DNA of 64,000 bases from Ginglymostoma cirratum (Eukaryota), in contig JAHRHZ010000002.1 in the NCBI GenBank assembly GCA_024137785.1, positions 5,076,328-5,140,327 of the forward strand, in the 5' to 3' direction. Shown piece by piece: positions 12,075-25,009 of the stretch; the stretch's first letter is position 1, and the number at the start of each line of letters is the position of its first letter. Position numbers and translations under genes: made by a program. The notes below the pieces were generated by a model that saw only the letters and a list, made by a program, of their open reading frames with translations, did no database searches and was not told the DNA's origin.

Positions 12075-13885
12075 TGGAACAAAAACAAAATTGCTGGAGA
12101 GGCTCAGCAGGTCTGGCAACATCTGTGAAGGGAAAAACAGAGTTAACATTTCGGGTCCAGTGACCCTTCCTCAGAACTGGTGGTGGCTGGGAAAATGTCA
12201 GTTTATATGCAGAAAATAGGGAGGTGGTTGGGGTAGGGAGTAAATGATAGGATAGAGCCCAAAGAAAGAGAAAGACAGTTGGACAGACAAAGGAGTTGCT
12301 AAGGATCAGGCTGGGAGGGTGAATAGTTGTTAGTGACTAACAACAGGGGGTGTGAAATGGCAGGGCTATGTGGTAACAAGGCCTGGTGCGTGGGGTAGGG
12401 GACTGGGACATGGTACAGTTTAGGCCCTAAAATTATTGAACTCAATATTATGTCTGGAGGGTTGTAGGGTCCCCAAGCAGAAAATGAGGTGTTGTTCCTC
12501 CAGCTTGTTTTGGGCTTCGCTGAAATACTGCAGCAAACCACAGACCGAGATGTTGGTCAGGGAGCAGGGTGGTGCATTAAAGTGGCAGGCAACAGGTAGT
12601 GCAGGGTTTTTATTACGAGCAGAACATAGATGTTCTGTGAAGCGGTCACCAAGTCTCTGCTGCATTTTCCCAATGTAGAGGGGACCACATTGTGAGCAGT
12701 GAATGCAGTAGACTAGATTCTGGGAAGTGCAGGTGAAGTGTTGCTTCACCTGGAAGGAATGTTTGGGCCCTTGGATACTGGGGAGGGAGGAGGTAAATGG
12801 GCAGAGGTTGCACCTTCGCCGGTTACAGGGGAAGGTGCCATATGGAGGTGTTGGGGGGGCGAAGGAAGTGTGGACCAGGGTCTCCCGGAGGGAACGGTCC
12901 CTGTGGAAGGCGGACAAAGGAGGGGAGGGGAATATATGTCTGGTGGTGGCATCTCACTGGAGGTGACAGAAATGGTGTCTGATCTTCTGGATGGGGATGG
13001 TAGGTGAGGATAAGGGGAACCCTATAACTGTTGTGGGAGGGAAGAGAAGGGGTGAGGGCGGAAGTGCGGGAGATGGGTCAGACCTGGTTGAAGACCCTGT
13101 CGACAACAGAGCTGGGAAATCCTCGGTTGAGGAAGAAGGTGGACATTTCGGAGGCTCCCTTATCGAATTTAGCCTCATCTGAATATATGCGACGGAGACG
13201 GAGGAACTGAGAGAATGGCATGGAGTCTTTACAGGAAGTGGGATGTGAGGATGTATAGTCCGGGTAGCTGTGGGAGTCAGTGGGTTTGTAGTGGATATTA
13301 GTGGCCAGTCTATCCCCAGAAATGGAAACAGAAATGTCGAGGAAAGGAAGGGAGGAGTTAGAGATAGACCAGGTGAAAGTGAGGGCAGAGTGGAAATTGG
13401 AGGTGAAATTGAAGTTTTCCAATTCCAGATGAGAGAGAGAAGCAGCACCGATGATATCATCAATGTTTCAGAGAAAGTGATGTGGGTGGGGGCAGGAATA
13501 GGACTGGAACAAGGAATGTTCCACCTACCCCATGAAGAGACAGGTATAACAAGGGTCCATGCGAGTACACATGGCAACTCCTCTTAGCTGAAGAAAATGA
13601 GAGGAGTTGAAAGAGAAGTTGTTGAGGGTGAGGACAAGCTCGGCCAAGCGGAGGAGGGTGGTGGTGGTGGTGGTGGGTGGGGATGGTTCAGGTCTTTGCT
13701 CCAGGAAGAAGCGGAGAGCCCTGAGACCCTGCTGGTGGGGAATGGATGTGTAGAGGGATTGCACATCCATCGTAAAGAGGAGGTGGCTGGAGCTGGTAAA
13801 CTGGAAGCTTTGAAATCGGTGTAAGGCGTCAGATGAATCATGGATGTATGTGGGTAGGGATTGGACCGAGGGGAGAAGACTGAAT
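12075..13885 (-). mobile_element. Penelope-like retroelement (family B): RT C-terminal half, GIY-YIG endonuclease, 3' terminal repeat; frameshifted
   Basis: ORFs 13525-13770 (MDVQSLYTSIPH, NNFSFN, GVAM), 13078-13422 (LPFLDI, YKPTDSH) and 12420-12917 (LVYCIHCSQC..YIG..RL.DRF.EH). Confidence 0.92.
12141..12178 (-). ncRNA. Minimal hammerhead ribozyme motif in a Penelope terminal repeat
   Basis: agtt-CTGAGGA-a-gggtc actg gaccc-GAAA-tGTT-aact; stem II and a 4-bp stem I can pair. Confidence 0.6.
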
Positions 13886-13899
13886 CAATCTTTGGAAAC

Positions 13900-14330
13900 T
13901 TGAATACTTCCCAGATACTCCGCTTTCGCCGGTTCTTCGAATTCTCGGTCTGCTCTTTTTCCCTCCCTTTCATCCATCCTTCCATCGGCCGGAGGGCCAT
14001 CTGTTAGTCAAGGTTTGCATTCTTTAATAAATGCTTTAACTCATTTCCCGTCCACTTTCCGGCTCTAATGCTCCCCTTTCATTCCCACACCCTCACCGCC
14101 CGCTGATGGACGAGAAGAGGGGAATGCAACGCTACCCACCGCCATCTGTCTCAACGCGCATGCTCCAAAGACGATGAGGCTCTGCGCTCGTGGCCTGGAT
14201 AGAGGAAATTCTCAACCGCGGGGACTTCTGGGTATATAAACTCGCCATTACTATTTAGCTCCTTTCGTTAGATAAGGAGTATGGGCGGAGAGATGGCGTT
14301 TGCAATCAATAAAACTTGGAACCAAATTAT
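13900..14330 (-). promoter_or_regulatory. CpG-rich putative promoter / non-coding first exon, copy 2
   Basis: Local CpG enrichment in a CpG-poor window, NRF1-like gcgcatgctc, and a GTGAG donor at 14096-14092 conserved with copy 1. Confidence 0.4.
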
Positions 14331-14339
14331 AGTTGAATA

Positions 14340-17300
14340 GTGGTAGTGTAAAGAACAGAGAAGTGTAAAGGTTCCGAGAATGCTTTGAAGTAAATTTTCA
14401 ACATCTTTGTTCAGTTTGAAAGGGGAAGCAGTGCGAGACTTCATTCTTAGGAATGAGGTGGGCAACGCTTTCATTGGGGAACATTTAAAGGCGGTAGTCA
14501 TTCTATAATGAGTTTTAGGCCGATTAAGGCAAAGGACATTGAACAATCCACAGTAAGAAGTGATCATATGAACAGGAAGATTGATTGCTTCAATACATGT
14601 CTTGATAACTAGTCTAGGAGGCAAGACATCAGATTTGAGGAATTCAGTCCTGTTGTGTGGAAGGTGGGACCTGTACAAGCTAGACAAGATACACCTCAAC
14701 TATCCCCACTCAGAGATTTGCTTGTGCTGTTGAGCTGGGTTTAACCAGATCATTGCGGATTCAGACCTAAATGGAAGGACATAATGTTGATAACAGGAAG
14801 TAGAAAAGATGCAAGGAATACTAGAAGGCAGGAGAGAGAAAGCTGAGCATCAAGTCTGGTTTGAAAGTGGAAAGATTTCGAAAATATCACGTTAATGGCA
14901 ATCTACCTGAATGCCTTACTGTGAATGCTATGTCCAATCAATTAAAAGGCTCAAATAGAGCTCATTGCTATGATCTAATTGTTATTATAAAAACAAAGGC
15001 TGCATGTCTATCAGGACTAGGAACTGAATAGTCAAGAAAATTCAAAGATTAGGAAGAAATGACAAGTAGGAAATGGAGGTGATGTTGCAACTAAGTGATG
15101 TCATTAATGGACTAGTAGGGGAATGGCTCAGATAGGAAGTATGTGGGAGAGATAGTAGGAACTGCAGATGCTGGAGCACCTGAGATAACAAGGTGTAGAG
15201 CTGGATGAACACAGCAGGCCAAGCAGCATCAGAGGAGCAGGAAGGGTGATGTTTCAGGCCTTAAGAAGGGTCTAGGCCTAAAACGTTAGCCTTCCTGCTC
15301 CTCTGATGCTGATTGACTTGCTGTGTTCATCCAGCTCTACACCTTGCTATCTAGGGAGTATGTGGAATATGTTTAGGTGTAGCTAAGAAACATCAGGGGG
15401 CAGCAGACATCAGTTAGATTCATTTATAGGTCTCCAAATAGTCATGGTAATGCATGGCATGGCATTAATCAGGAGATGAGAGAAGTATGTTACATGGACA
15501 GCACAATGGGTGACTTCTATCTGCATATATAATGAAAAATACAACTGAGCACTGAAGCTGTGAAGAATGAGATTCTGGAGTCTGTTTAGGGTGGTTTCCA
15601 AAAGCAGTATGTTGAGATCCAATGAGAGGATGCATTATTTCAGGTGTAGTATTTTGTGATTTTAAAAAAATGGCTAATTAATAATCTTGTTATTTTAAAA
15701 AAGTCTTCAGGAATGAGTGATCTTAAGATGGTAGAATGTTACATAACCTTTGAAAGCATGGTAGTTCATTCTAGCAAGGGTGTTAAAATTTTTACATGAG
15801 GGAAATTACGAAGGCCTATGGTCCGAATTCATTTAGGTGCAGTTGGAAAATAATTAAAAGGCATAACACTATATAGGCAATGGATTATCCCATAACGTGC
15901 AGCCACTATGCATTCTGTCAATGTGCAATAAAGAAAGAAGATGTCAGTCAACTATGGCTATTAAAAGAAGTTCAGGAGTATGTAAGAGTAAAAGCAAAGG
16001 CCTAGAAAATTGCCAGAAATAACAGTAGTTCTGAGTATTGGGAGGTTTGTAGAATACAACAAATTAGATGCAAAATCTGATAAGCAACAGGGGAATAAAA
16101 TGTCCATGTACTCGGGCAAAATAAGATAAAAACAGATGGTAAACACCTATTAGATTTATAAGATGGGAATGCTTGCCCAACACAAATAAAAGTAGAGTCA
16201 AGAGAATTTAAAAATGGGAGTAGACAAATGGGAGAGAAGCTAAATGAGTGGGTTGTGTTTGTTTTCACTGAGGAAGATACCATCAGTCTCCAAAAATTTG
16301 AGATCCAAGTAACCAAGGAGAATGGAGTTAGAGAGAACCAATATTAGTAATAAGATTGTATTGGAGAAATTAATGAGGCTGGAAGTTGATAAATTCTCAA
16401 TGTTTGGTAGTTTTCATCTCAGAGTATTGAAGGAAGTGTATATTGAAATATGTGAAACATTCATAAATATCTTGATTATCTATTCCTGCTGACCGGAAGG
16501 TAGCAAATATCACCTGTTATTTCAGAAGAGAGTGAGATAGAAAGCAGGAAAATATAGACCTGTTGGACTTATATCGGTAGCAGAAAAAATGCTAGAATAA
16601 ATGATAAAATCAATTTGGATTTGCAAATGAGAAATTGTTTGACAAACTTACTGGAGGCCTGGAAAACAACATTTTTAGAACTAATAGATGCACTACAGAT
16701 AATTTCAGGATTCTTTGGACAAAATCCCCTTGGGGGAGCAGGTTAGAAAGATTAAATCACATGGGATTGGTGGTAATGCTAATGGACAGAAATCAGACAG
16801 TAGGTATAAATAGTCCTCTTATGTTGACGGTTTGTTCCTTGTAGGTAACACAAGCATTAGTAATTGGGTTGCAACTGTTCATAATATATATATCAATGAT
16901 TTGCAGATTGAGACCAAATGAAATATTTCCGATCTTCAACTCGCACAAAGCTAGGTGAGAATGTATGTTGTGAGGAAGATGTAACATGGCTTCAATAAGA
17001 TGTGGACAGTCTTTGTGAATAGGCAAGAACATGATAGCTAGACTATAAAGTTGAAAAAATGTGAAGTTATCCACTTTGGTAGGAGAGACCGATGTGCTGA
17101 GTATTCTGAAAATGCTAAGAGGTTGAAGTGAGTTTTTGTACAAAGGGATGTAGGAGTTCTTAAGTCACTGAAGGTTAACATACAGGTTCAGAAACCTGTT
17201 CGGAAGGCTATTGGAATGTTCATGTTTATTGCAAGAGGTTTTGAATACAGGAGTAGTGAAGTCATGCTTTAATGGCAAAGGAGTTTGGTTAGATTGCCCC

Positions 17301-17550
17301 TGGAGTAATGTGTGCAGTTTTGATCTTCTTGTCCCATGAAAGATATTATTGCCACAGAGGGAGCGTTATGAAAGTTAACTAGGCTTGTTCCCCGGATGTC
17401 CTATGAAATGTGATTAGAAAAATTGGGCATATGTATTCTATAAAGTAAGAGGTGATCTATTGCAGCAGACAGGATACTTAGTTGGAAAGATAGGTTGAAA
17501 GGGGGTATTATGTTTGCCTTGATTGGTGAGTCAAGAAAATAAGAGTCATG
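14340..17550 (+). mobile_element. Long decayed CR1 LINE
   Basis: Colinear endonuclease-to-RT remnants through the 3' motifs (IARGFEYRS, LE.CVQF). Confidence 0.7.
15147..15352. mobile_element. Short palindromic Penelope-derived insertion
   Basis: ~80-bp inverted arms; TSD aggaagtatgtgg/agggagtatgtgg at 15134-15146 and 15353-15365. Confidence 0.85.
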
Positions 17551-18345
17551 CCACTTACCAATAGCCTCTCACCTATCCGCTTGTTGTCAATTTAAAAACT
17601 GTTCAACTGCCTCTTCTACCTCCTCATTCACCATGGGTTGGGAAACACCCCCTTCTTTGGTGAAGACCAATGCAAAAGAATCATTTAATAATTCAGCTGT
17701 GATACCTCCTCCATGCATAAATTGCTTTTTGGTCCCTAATTCATCCGACTCCTTATTTTGTCATCTTTTCACTCTTTCTATGCCTATATAACACATTGGG
17801 ACTCCATTCTAAGATGGCTGCCAGTCATTTTTTCCCCATACTTTCTATTGCACTTCTTCACTTATTTGCTTTTTCACCTCTGTTCTGAATATTGTTTACA
17901 TTCAGCATGGTTATTAATTGTATCTTCAACACACTGTAGTCATAAACAATCATGGCTCTTATTTTTGTCCTTTGTCATTATTTTGACCTTGTTTGTCATC
18001 CAGGAGCTCTCGTTTTCTTTGAAAAACATTTACATTTGAGAAAATATACTAGACTTTGGTTAACATACTTTCTCTGCAATTTTGGGCATTGTTCAAATCC
18101 TATTTTTCCTACTAACCTTTGACAGTTTGTTTCCAGAAATCCATTGAGACCCACTGAAGTCAGCTTTCTCCAGTTCATTAATCTTACAAACATTAGAAGG
18201 TGAAATCGCTACTCAGCTTGCCAAGTATGTCCTGTCATTTCAATACAACCATAGTCTGACAGGCTTTAAGTGTCTAGGAGGGTGAGACAGCATCGGGAGG
18301 GAGTGAAAAAATCCATCAATAGAGGTAGGTTAAAGTGTCACTTAC

Positions 18346-18381
18346 TGAATCATGAAAGAACTGGAACAGGGATATCAGAAG
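18346..18381 (-). pseudogene. MHC class I-like gene A, cytoplasmic exon 2 (SDIPVPVLS*)
   Basis: ttctcAG acceptor and GTAAGT donor; homologous to 29886-29921 and 35618-35654. Confidence 0.7.
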
Positions 18382-18677
18382 CTGAGAAAACAAATGTATT
18401 GTGAGAAATGAAACAAAATATCAAATTAGTGTGAGAAATTCTGTGAGGGGTAAGAGGATGAGGGAGTGGGTGATAGCAAGTTAATGTGCAAGGGATTTGA
18501 AGGAAACAGAGTGGCGAATGTGGAGATGAGGAAGAAGTGGAAAAAAGACTATGGTGTGATGGACTGGAGAGAGGGAGGTGGACTGTGTTACTGTGAGTAG
18601 CACCCAGGATGATGTAACTCTACAACTTCCAGTCATTTATTCATCATTCCTAATACTCTGTCCCCACAGTCACTTAC

Positions 18678-18709
18678 TGTGAGCTGTTGTGTAAGTCCCA
18701 TTGGGGAAT
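18678..18709 (-). pseudogene. Gene A cytoplasmic exon 1 (GTYTTAH-type), 1-nt deletion
   Basis: 32 nt between ctgcAG and GTAAGT; homologous to the 33-nt exon at 29463-29495. Confidence 0.7.
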
Positions 18710-20779
18710 CTGCAGAACAAAATAAATGTCCATTAGAATGGAGGATAATCCAATCTCAGAGAGTGAGAACATAACAAGCATGAGGAAATGGAGATTGTTT
18801 CAGAAATCCTCATTCCCGCACTTCCCTCTATCCTTACACTTTATGGAGATTCTGGAAATCTGTTTCATTCCTTCAATATTCAGTCAGGTGAGGATGTGAG
18901 TATGTTTGGTGGGTTTAATGAGCAAGATTATACCTGGTCTGGGCCGATCACACAAAGGAAGATAAGACAGGGAACAAGATGTGTTCATGCATGTGAATCT
19001 GTGTGTGGGAATTCAATCAGTTCCTGTCCGTGTTTAATCCCCAGGATTACATTGGATAGCCCAGGAGGCAGCGTCACTGATGTTTTTCACATCAAACCTC
19101 TAACGGATGAGGAATAAACTGACCACAGGAAACTGGGCTGGCCTGACAACGAGGAAAACAATAGAGAATCAGAGCAAACACTTAAAAAGAAGCATTTGGT
19201 TCAATCCAACCTCAGAACCTATTCCGAACTACTGCAGTGAACCCACTGAAGTCAAGACCTGAAATAAGTGAGAGATATCAGCTCAAAGAAAAGCTTCCAC
19301 AAATGTCCAGAGACTGAGGGAGAGACAGTTAGATAAGGATCAGCTGACCAGATTGTGGATGGATTTGTGAAGGGTAGCTCATGTCTGACTCATCTCATTG
19401 AATTTGATGAGGAGCTCACTAACATGGTGGATAAGGAATGTCTCTGGACTATTCTGTAAGGACTTCCGGAAGGTAATTGATAGTGTTCAACATTAGAAAT
19501 GATTGATAATAATGAGTGCATGGAATTCAAAACTGGAGAAACATACAAATCAGGATTAGGAGTCAGCCTTTCAGCCCCTGAGGTCTGTGCTGCTATTTGA
19601 TGACATTATGACTGGTCTGATTTTCACTTTGACTCCACTTTCCCTAATCTGTTGTTCAAGAATTTTTCTATTTCAGCCTTAAAAATATGAATGACCCTGC
19701 TTCTACTGCTGTCTGGAGAAGAGCATTCAATTGTCTAATGGACGGACAAGGTGGGGGGAAATTTTCTTCCCCATATTTTTAAATTTTGTCTCACTCCAGT
19801 TTTAGTCTCCATACAAGCATAGACATCAATTCCGTGTCCTCCTTTGCCAAGTGCCCTTGGGATATTACATTTTATAATAGAATCAAATTCATTCTTCTAA
19901 ACTCCAATCAATACAGATCCAGCCAGTCCAACATTTCCTCATATGATAACCATCTCTGGAGTCAGTCAAGCAAAAATTCACTGAACTCCTATTAATGCAA
20001 TACGTATTTTCTTGAATCAGGATGCCAAAATTGCACGTAGGGCATCAGACGTGTTCTAGCGAATTCCACAAGATATCAATATTTTAAACTCTATTCACCT
20101 TGTAATAGAGTTATTACCTTGTAATAAAAGGCAACATTCCATTTACCTTCCTCATTAAGAGCTTTACCTTCAAACTTTGGCATGGGTGAGAGTTTTTTTG
20201 GAAGGTAAAAGGTGGAGTCTTAGAATAAAGAGAATGTGTTCCCATTAACTGGATTTGATGCATTGGATTCTTGAAATCTTGAGAATACCGATAGAGCACT
20301 TTTCGTTCAGTCCAGTGACAGACCAGTCAGTAAAAGTCGAAATGGAATCAGACTGGCTTAATTTATGAAAGTAAGAATTAATTCAGACCCCAAAAGGTTG
20401 GGAAGGGATAGAGGACAGAAATATAGACAAATTTCAGAGTGTTATAAAAAGAGATTTCAACTTCCCTCATATTAACTGTAATAGACTAAGTGCAAAAGGC
20501 TCAGAGGAGGCGGAATTCTTATAATGTATCCAGGAGAGCTTTCTAAGCCAACATGTAGAAAACCCTACAAGAGAAGAGGCAGCACTGTTTTGAGTGTGGA
20601 AGCCAGACAAGTGGTACAGGTGTCAGCGAGAGGGCATAACTCTGTAAGATTTAAGGTAGTTACGGAAAAGAACAAAAGGATAAAGTTAGACCTGAAACAC
20701 AGGTTTGGGATAAGGCCAATTATAACATACTCAGACAGGATCCAGCTGTCTGAATATCTAATAACGATGAGTCGAACTA

Positions 20780-21570
20780 CAGAAGAGAAATTGAGAGCTT
20801 GGTGACATGGTATAATGAAAACAACCTATTTCTCAATGTTGGCAAATCTAAAGAACTGATCATTGACTTCAGAAAGAGAGGAGGAGAGCATGACCCCATC
20901 TACATCAACAGAACTGAGGTTGAGAAGGTGAAGAGCATCAAGTTCTTGGAGTGACGATAATGGACAACCTGTCCTAGACTTCCAATGTAGATGCGACTGT
21001 CAAGAAGGCACATTAACTCCTCTTCTTCCTCAGGTGGCTCAGGAAATTTGACATGCCCATGTCAAACACCAACATCTACAGATGCACTATTGAAGGCATA
21101 CTGTCCAAGTGCATAATTACTTGGTATGACAACTGTTCTGCCCAGGACCGTAAGAAACTACAGTAGGTGGTGCGCACAGCCCAGATCATCACAGAAGCCA
21201 ACCTTCCATCCATGGATGCCACTTTCAGGGCTCACTGCCGTGGAAAGGCTGCCAACATCAAAGACCCATCACACCCAGATGATGAACCCTATAACCCTCA
21301 TCCATCAGGCAGAAGATACAGAAGGCTGAACACATGCGCCAGCAAGTTCAGGAACAGCTTCTTCCTGGCTGTAATTAGACTGATGAATGGAGTCTCTAGC
21401 CTCAAATGACACTGATACTGCTAACATTGATCTCGCCCAGTGTAACCTGTAAGCCTCTATGTCTTTTTTGATCTGTACGTCCTTCGCTTACTATGATCTG
21501 TCTGTACCACTCAAACAAAACTTTTCACTGTATTTCAGTAAACATGCCAATAAATAAAATTTATCAATCA
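20780..21570 (+). mobile_element. Rex1/Babar-type LINE 3' portion
   Basis: WYNENNLFLNVGKSKELIIDFRK, LFFLRWLRKF, PSGRRYR..SKFRNSFF; aataaa/atca tail. Confidence 0.8.
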
Positions 21571-23246
21571 ATATGAAATGGATAGTGAGGAATTACTTGT
21601 TGGAAAATCTACATCAGAGCAGTGAAAGTCTTCCAAAGAGGAAATAGTGAGGGTGCAGGGCTGACGTGTTTCTGTAGACATGAAGAGTGGGCCTAGAAAT
21701 TCCTAGTGGTTGAAGAATGTTAAGGATTGTGTAAGGAACAAAAAGGAAGCTTATGGTCAGTTCCAGCAGCTCAGAACACTGGAAGCCCCAGAGGTGTCTA
21801 GGAAGTGCAAAGGGGATTACTGAAAAACATAATGAGGTAACTGTAGATGGGCATGGAAAAGCACTGCTGGCTAAATTTTATGGCATTTTATAAGCACATT
21901 AGCAGCAAATGGACTGTTTCCACATGTGACTAGTCTGTAATTGCTGAGTTTATCCTTAACACCTGTTTTAAACCAGCATCGGACACCTCCAAGTCTAAGC
22001 AAGACTGAAAACATATGGCTAGTGCTCCTGCAATTTCTATTCTCATCCCTCTCCGTATTCTTGGGTGAATCTCATCTGGCCTCTGTGCCTTATCAACCTA
22101 AAGTATCGTCAGTCTGAAAAATACCTCCTCCTTATCAATTGTAAATGCTGCTGGTGTGAGAATGACCTCCTCTATCACTATGCCTGAATAACATCTCCTT
22201 TTATGGTAATTACAGGTTAAAGCTGTTCATTTAATATCCTAGCCATGCCCTCGACCTCCATGTGCAAGTTCTCTTTTAGGTGACAAATCAGCCCCTCTTC
22301 TCCTTTTCCCACCCTGTTTACTATTTAGATGCCAAAGGAAGACTTTGAGATTCCCTTTATGTTGGCTGAGAGACTCTTTACATAATTACTGTTGCTTCTC
22401 TTCATTGCTTCCTTGTCTCTATTCTGCACTTCTGTCTTTAGTCTGGTTTCTAGCATTTCTCAAACACACTTTTTCTTCTCTAATTCCTATTTGTTTGTAA
22501 TAACCGTCTTTGACTGTTCATCAGTTTCCTCATAAGACAATCCATTCATCCCTGGGGTCAACTCAGTGAATTTTTTTCTGGATTGCCTCCAATGCCTTCA
22601 GATCGGGGGCCAAAACTGTTGATGATATTCCAACGTAGTATAACTAGAACTTGCACAATTTTAGCAAAACCTCCACATTTTTATACTCCATTTCCTTTGA
22701 AATAAATCCCTTGACCTTTTACTCCTTCAATGTGCTGCTTAAAACCTACCACCTTAACTGCATGCACTTTTGCAGACTGGTGTTAAATATTGCCCAATAA
22801 CATTCCTGTGTTTTGAGGCCATTCATGATATTAAAACAGCTAGATAAATGGAATCTGCTGTTGTTTTTCTGACTTTCCTCCTTGGGTTTATAGTCTTATA
22901 CCATCAAAAAATACTCTCCTTAATCAATAGCAACACCCTTCCTCCTTTTCTTTATTTAGTATATTTCCAGGAACTCATCAAGGGTTCTTAAACAGCAGCT
23001 TCAAGACCTGTATATTCTCCACCTTCCATCCATGGCAGGGTTAAAGTTCATGAACTTCATCGTTAACCCTACTGTGGATGTATCCATGGCACATTTACTG
23101 CAGTAGATCCAGAAGACAGCTCACCACTGCTGAAAGGCAACTATCGATGGAGAATCAACCTTACGAGCAATACTTTCATCACAGATGTAAAAACAACCCT
23201 CAATCTTGGGTATTCACTAACCAATCACAATCCTCTTTCAACCTGA

Positions 23247-23431
23247 GATAACATAATGTAAGCTGGAGGAACACAGGAGGCCAGGCAGCATCAGAGGAGC
23301 AGGAAAGCTGATGTTTTGGGTCGGGACCCCGAAATGTCAGCTTTCCGGCTCCTCTGATGCTGCCTGGCCTGCTGTGTTCCACCAGCCCCACACTGTGTCA
23401 TCTCAGACTCCAGCATTGGCAGTTCTTACTA
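23247..23431. mobile_element. Short palindromic Penelope-derived insertion
   Basis: Inverted arms; perfect 15-bp TSD cctctttcaacctga at 23232-23246 and 23432-23446. Confidence 0.88.
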
Positions 23432-23628
23432 CCTCTTTCAACCTGATTGTGTCTGTGACAGCCACAACATTGAATTTCCACCCTGCAATTCACCTGTAAT
23501 TGACCAGTCCTAATTACCAAACCCCATTCATTAATTTCCCTACACAGTGACTCTGATTTAGACGTTAAGGAGTCAATTGGCAAACTCCTCTTAGGTTACA
23601 TTTACAGACTCTCATTCCAGTATCTTAC

Positions 23629-23905
23629 CCCACTGATAGAGCTTGGCCTCTGGCAGGCTGCTGTGTTCAATTTGACAGGCGTGTTGATCCTCATCTCCAG
23701 CACTGATTTCAATCTCTTTCTGGATCTGATGTGTTCAATCATGGTTCGGTTGAACCCCTGAGGAATGTGTCTCAGACATGACCTCTCCATTCCTTAGCCA
23801 GGTCACCTCAATGTCTACAGGATAAAATCCAGTGACCAGGCAGGATGGAGTGAGCAGCTTGTCCTGGCAATTGGTCTCAAGTGGTGATGATCACTTCAGG
23901 CTGAT
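23629..23905 (-). pseudogene. Gene A alpha3 (Ig C1-set) exon
   Basis: QPEV..SCLVTGFYPVDIEVTWLRNG..QPNHD*THQ..ACQIEHSSL..YQW. AG/GT boundaries, 277 nt (frameshift near the 5' end), TGA at 23737-23735. Confidence 0.93.
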
Positions 23906-24000
23906 CTGTGATGGGGAAGGGTGAAAACACAAGCAATAGACACTGACACCTTTATAGATCAGTGAAGTTATATGAGAGCATGAGATCATCATTGAAATAC

Positions 24001-24275
24001 ATACCTTCTGAAATATTCATTTCCAGATTGCAAATATGAATGTAAAATCATAACATATACATCTTCCAAATTTATTTTCCAATATTTGTTCCAGGATTTA
24101 TTGTAATCCTATTTCTCCTTCAGCTTCACTGCAAAGTGATTTGGTGCGACCTATCTCATTCTGTCTGGCTGTAAACTGATGAAGTCCTTTCCATCAAATC
24201 CAAATCTCATCAATCTCTTCATAGAGCTGTCATCACTGACCTCAACAGAACATATCCAGTGGACAGTGTGAATTC
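24001..24275 (-). pseudogene. Gene A alpha2 exon
   Basis: GIHTVHWICSVEV..FGFDGKDFISLQPDRMR*V..KEK*D..SYLQSG. Two TAG stops at Trp positions (24153-24151, 24111-24109); donor out of phase. Confidence 0.92.
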
Positions 24276-25009
24276 CTGTCAGTGACCAAACAGGGATCAA
24301 TCATCTATAATTAATGATAATCACAAACTGAGATCAGAGGGAAAACAGGATCTAGCATTCAGTAGAAATGAGGGATTAGTGTCACGGTCTGACCAGAGGG
24401 CAAAGGAGATCTAGTATCAGATGGAAATTGAGGGGCAAAGTTCAAAAGTGAATACCCCTCATTATTTTATAAACTTCTCTAAGGTCACCTCTCAACCTCC
24501 TACACGCCAGTGAAAAAAGCCTCAGCCTTTCCTTAATTATATCATTGCACATTCCATACTTTCCATACATTCCATATCATGTGTTAATAAATTCTATTGA
24601 CTGCCCACTTTTGAAACAATTGCTTTCAATAACCTTTTTTTAAAACTCTACAATATCATCAATGATAGAAATAAATAAACAAATCTTTGTGAATATGCAA
24701 TTGGTCTAATCACAACTGGCTGCCTTTCTGCAAATCAAGTGTAGTAACTATTTTGGAATGCCCTCTGAATCATTATCTTCACTCTGGTGGGTGTAAGGTT
24801 TTGGACTATTTCATTTTGATTCAGGATTAAAGAAGATTCGGTGGTTTCTTTTAAACTCAGAATTAGGAACTTCAGGTACAGAATTGTGACCATCACACTC
24901 TTTCTGATCTGATCTTGTGATCATGTGGAATGTGCCCAGGTCTGGTTTATCCCTTACTGGAATCATGTGATCTACATGGACATTTGTAGTTTGCTGTTAA
25001 TGTCAGCAT

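Noticed and set aside
12075-13885. Possibly active Penelope element
   Set aside because: 5'-truncated and split by frameshifts and stops.
13584-14000. 138-aa ORF starting MALRPMEGW
   Set aside because: Runs from the CpG-rich segment into an off-frame reading of Penelope RT; no recognisable domain.
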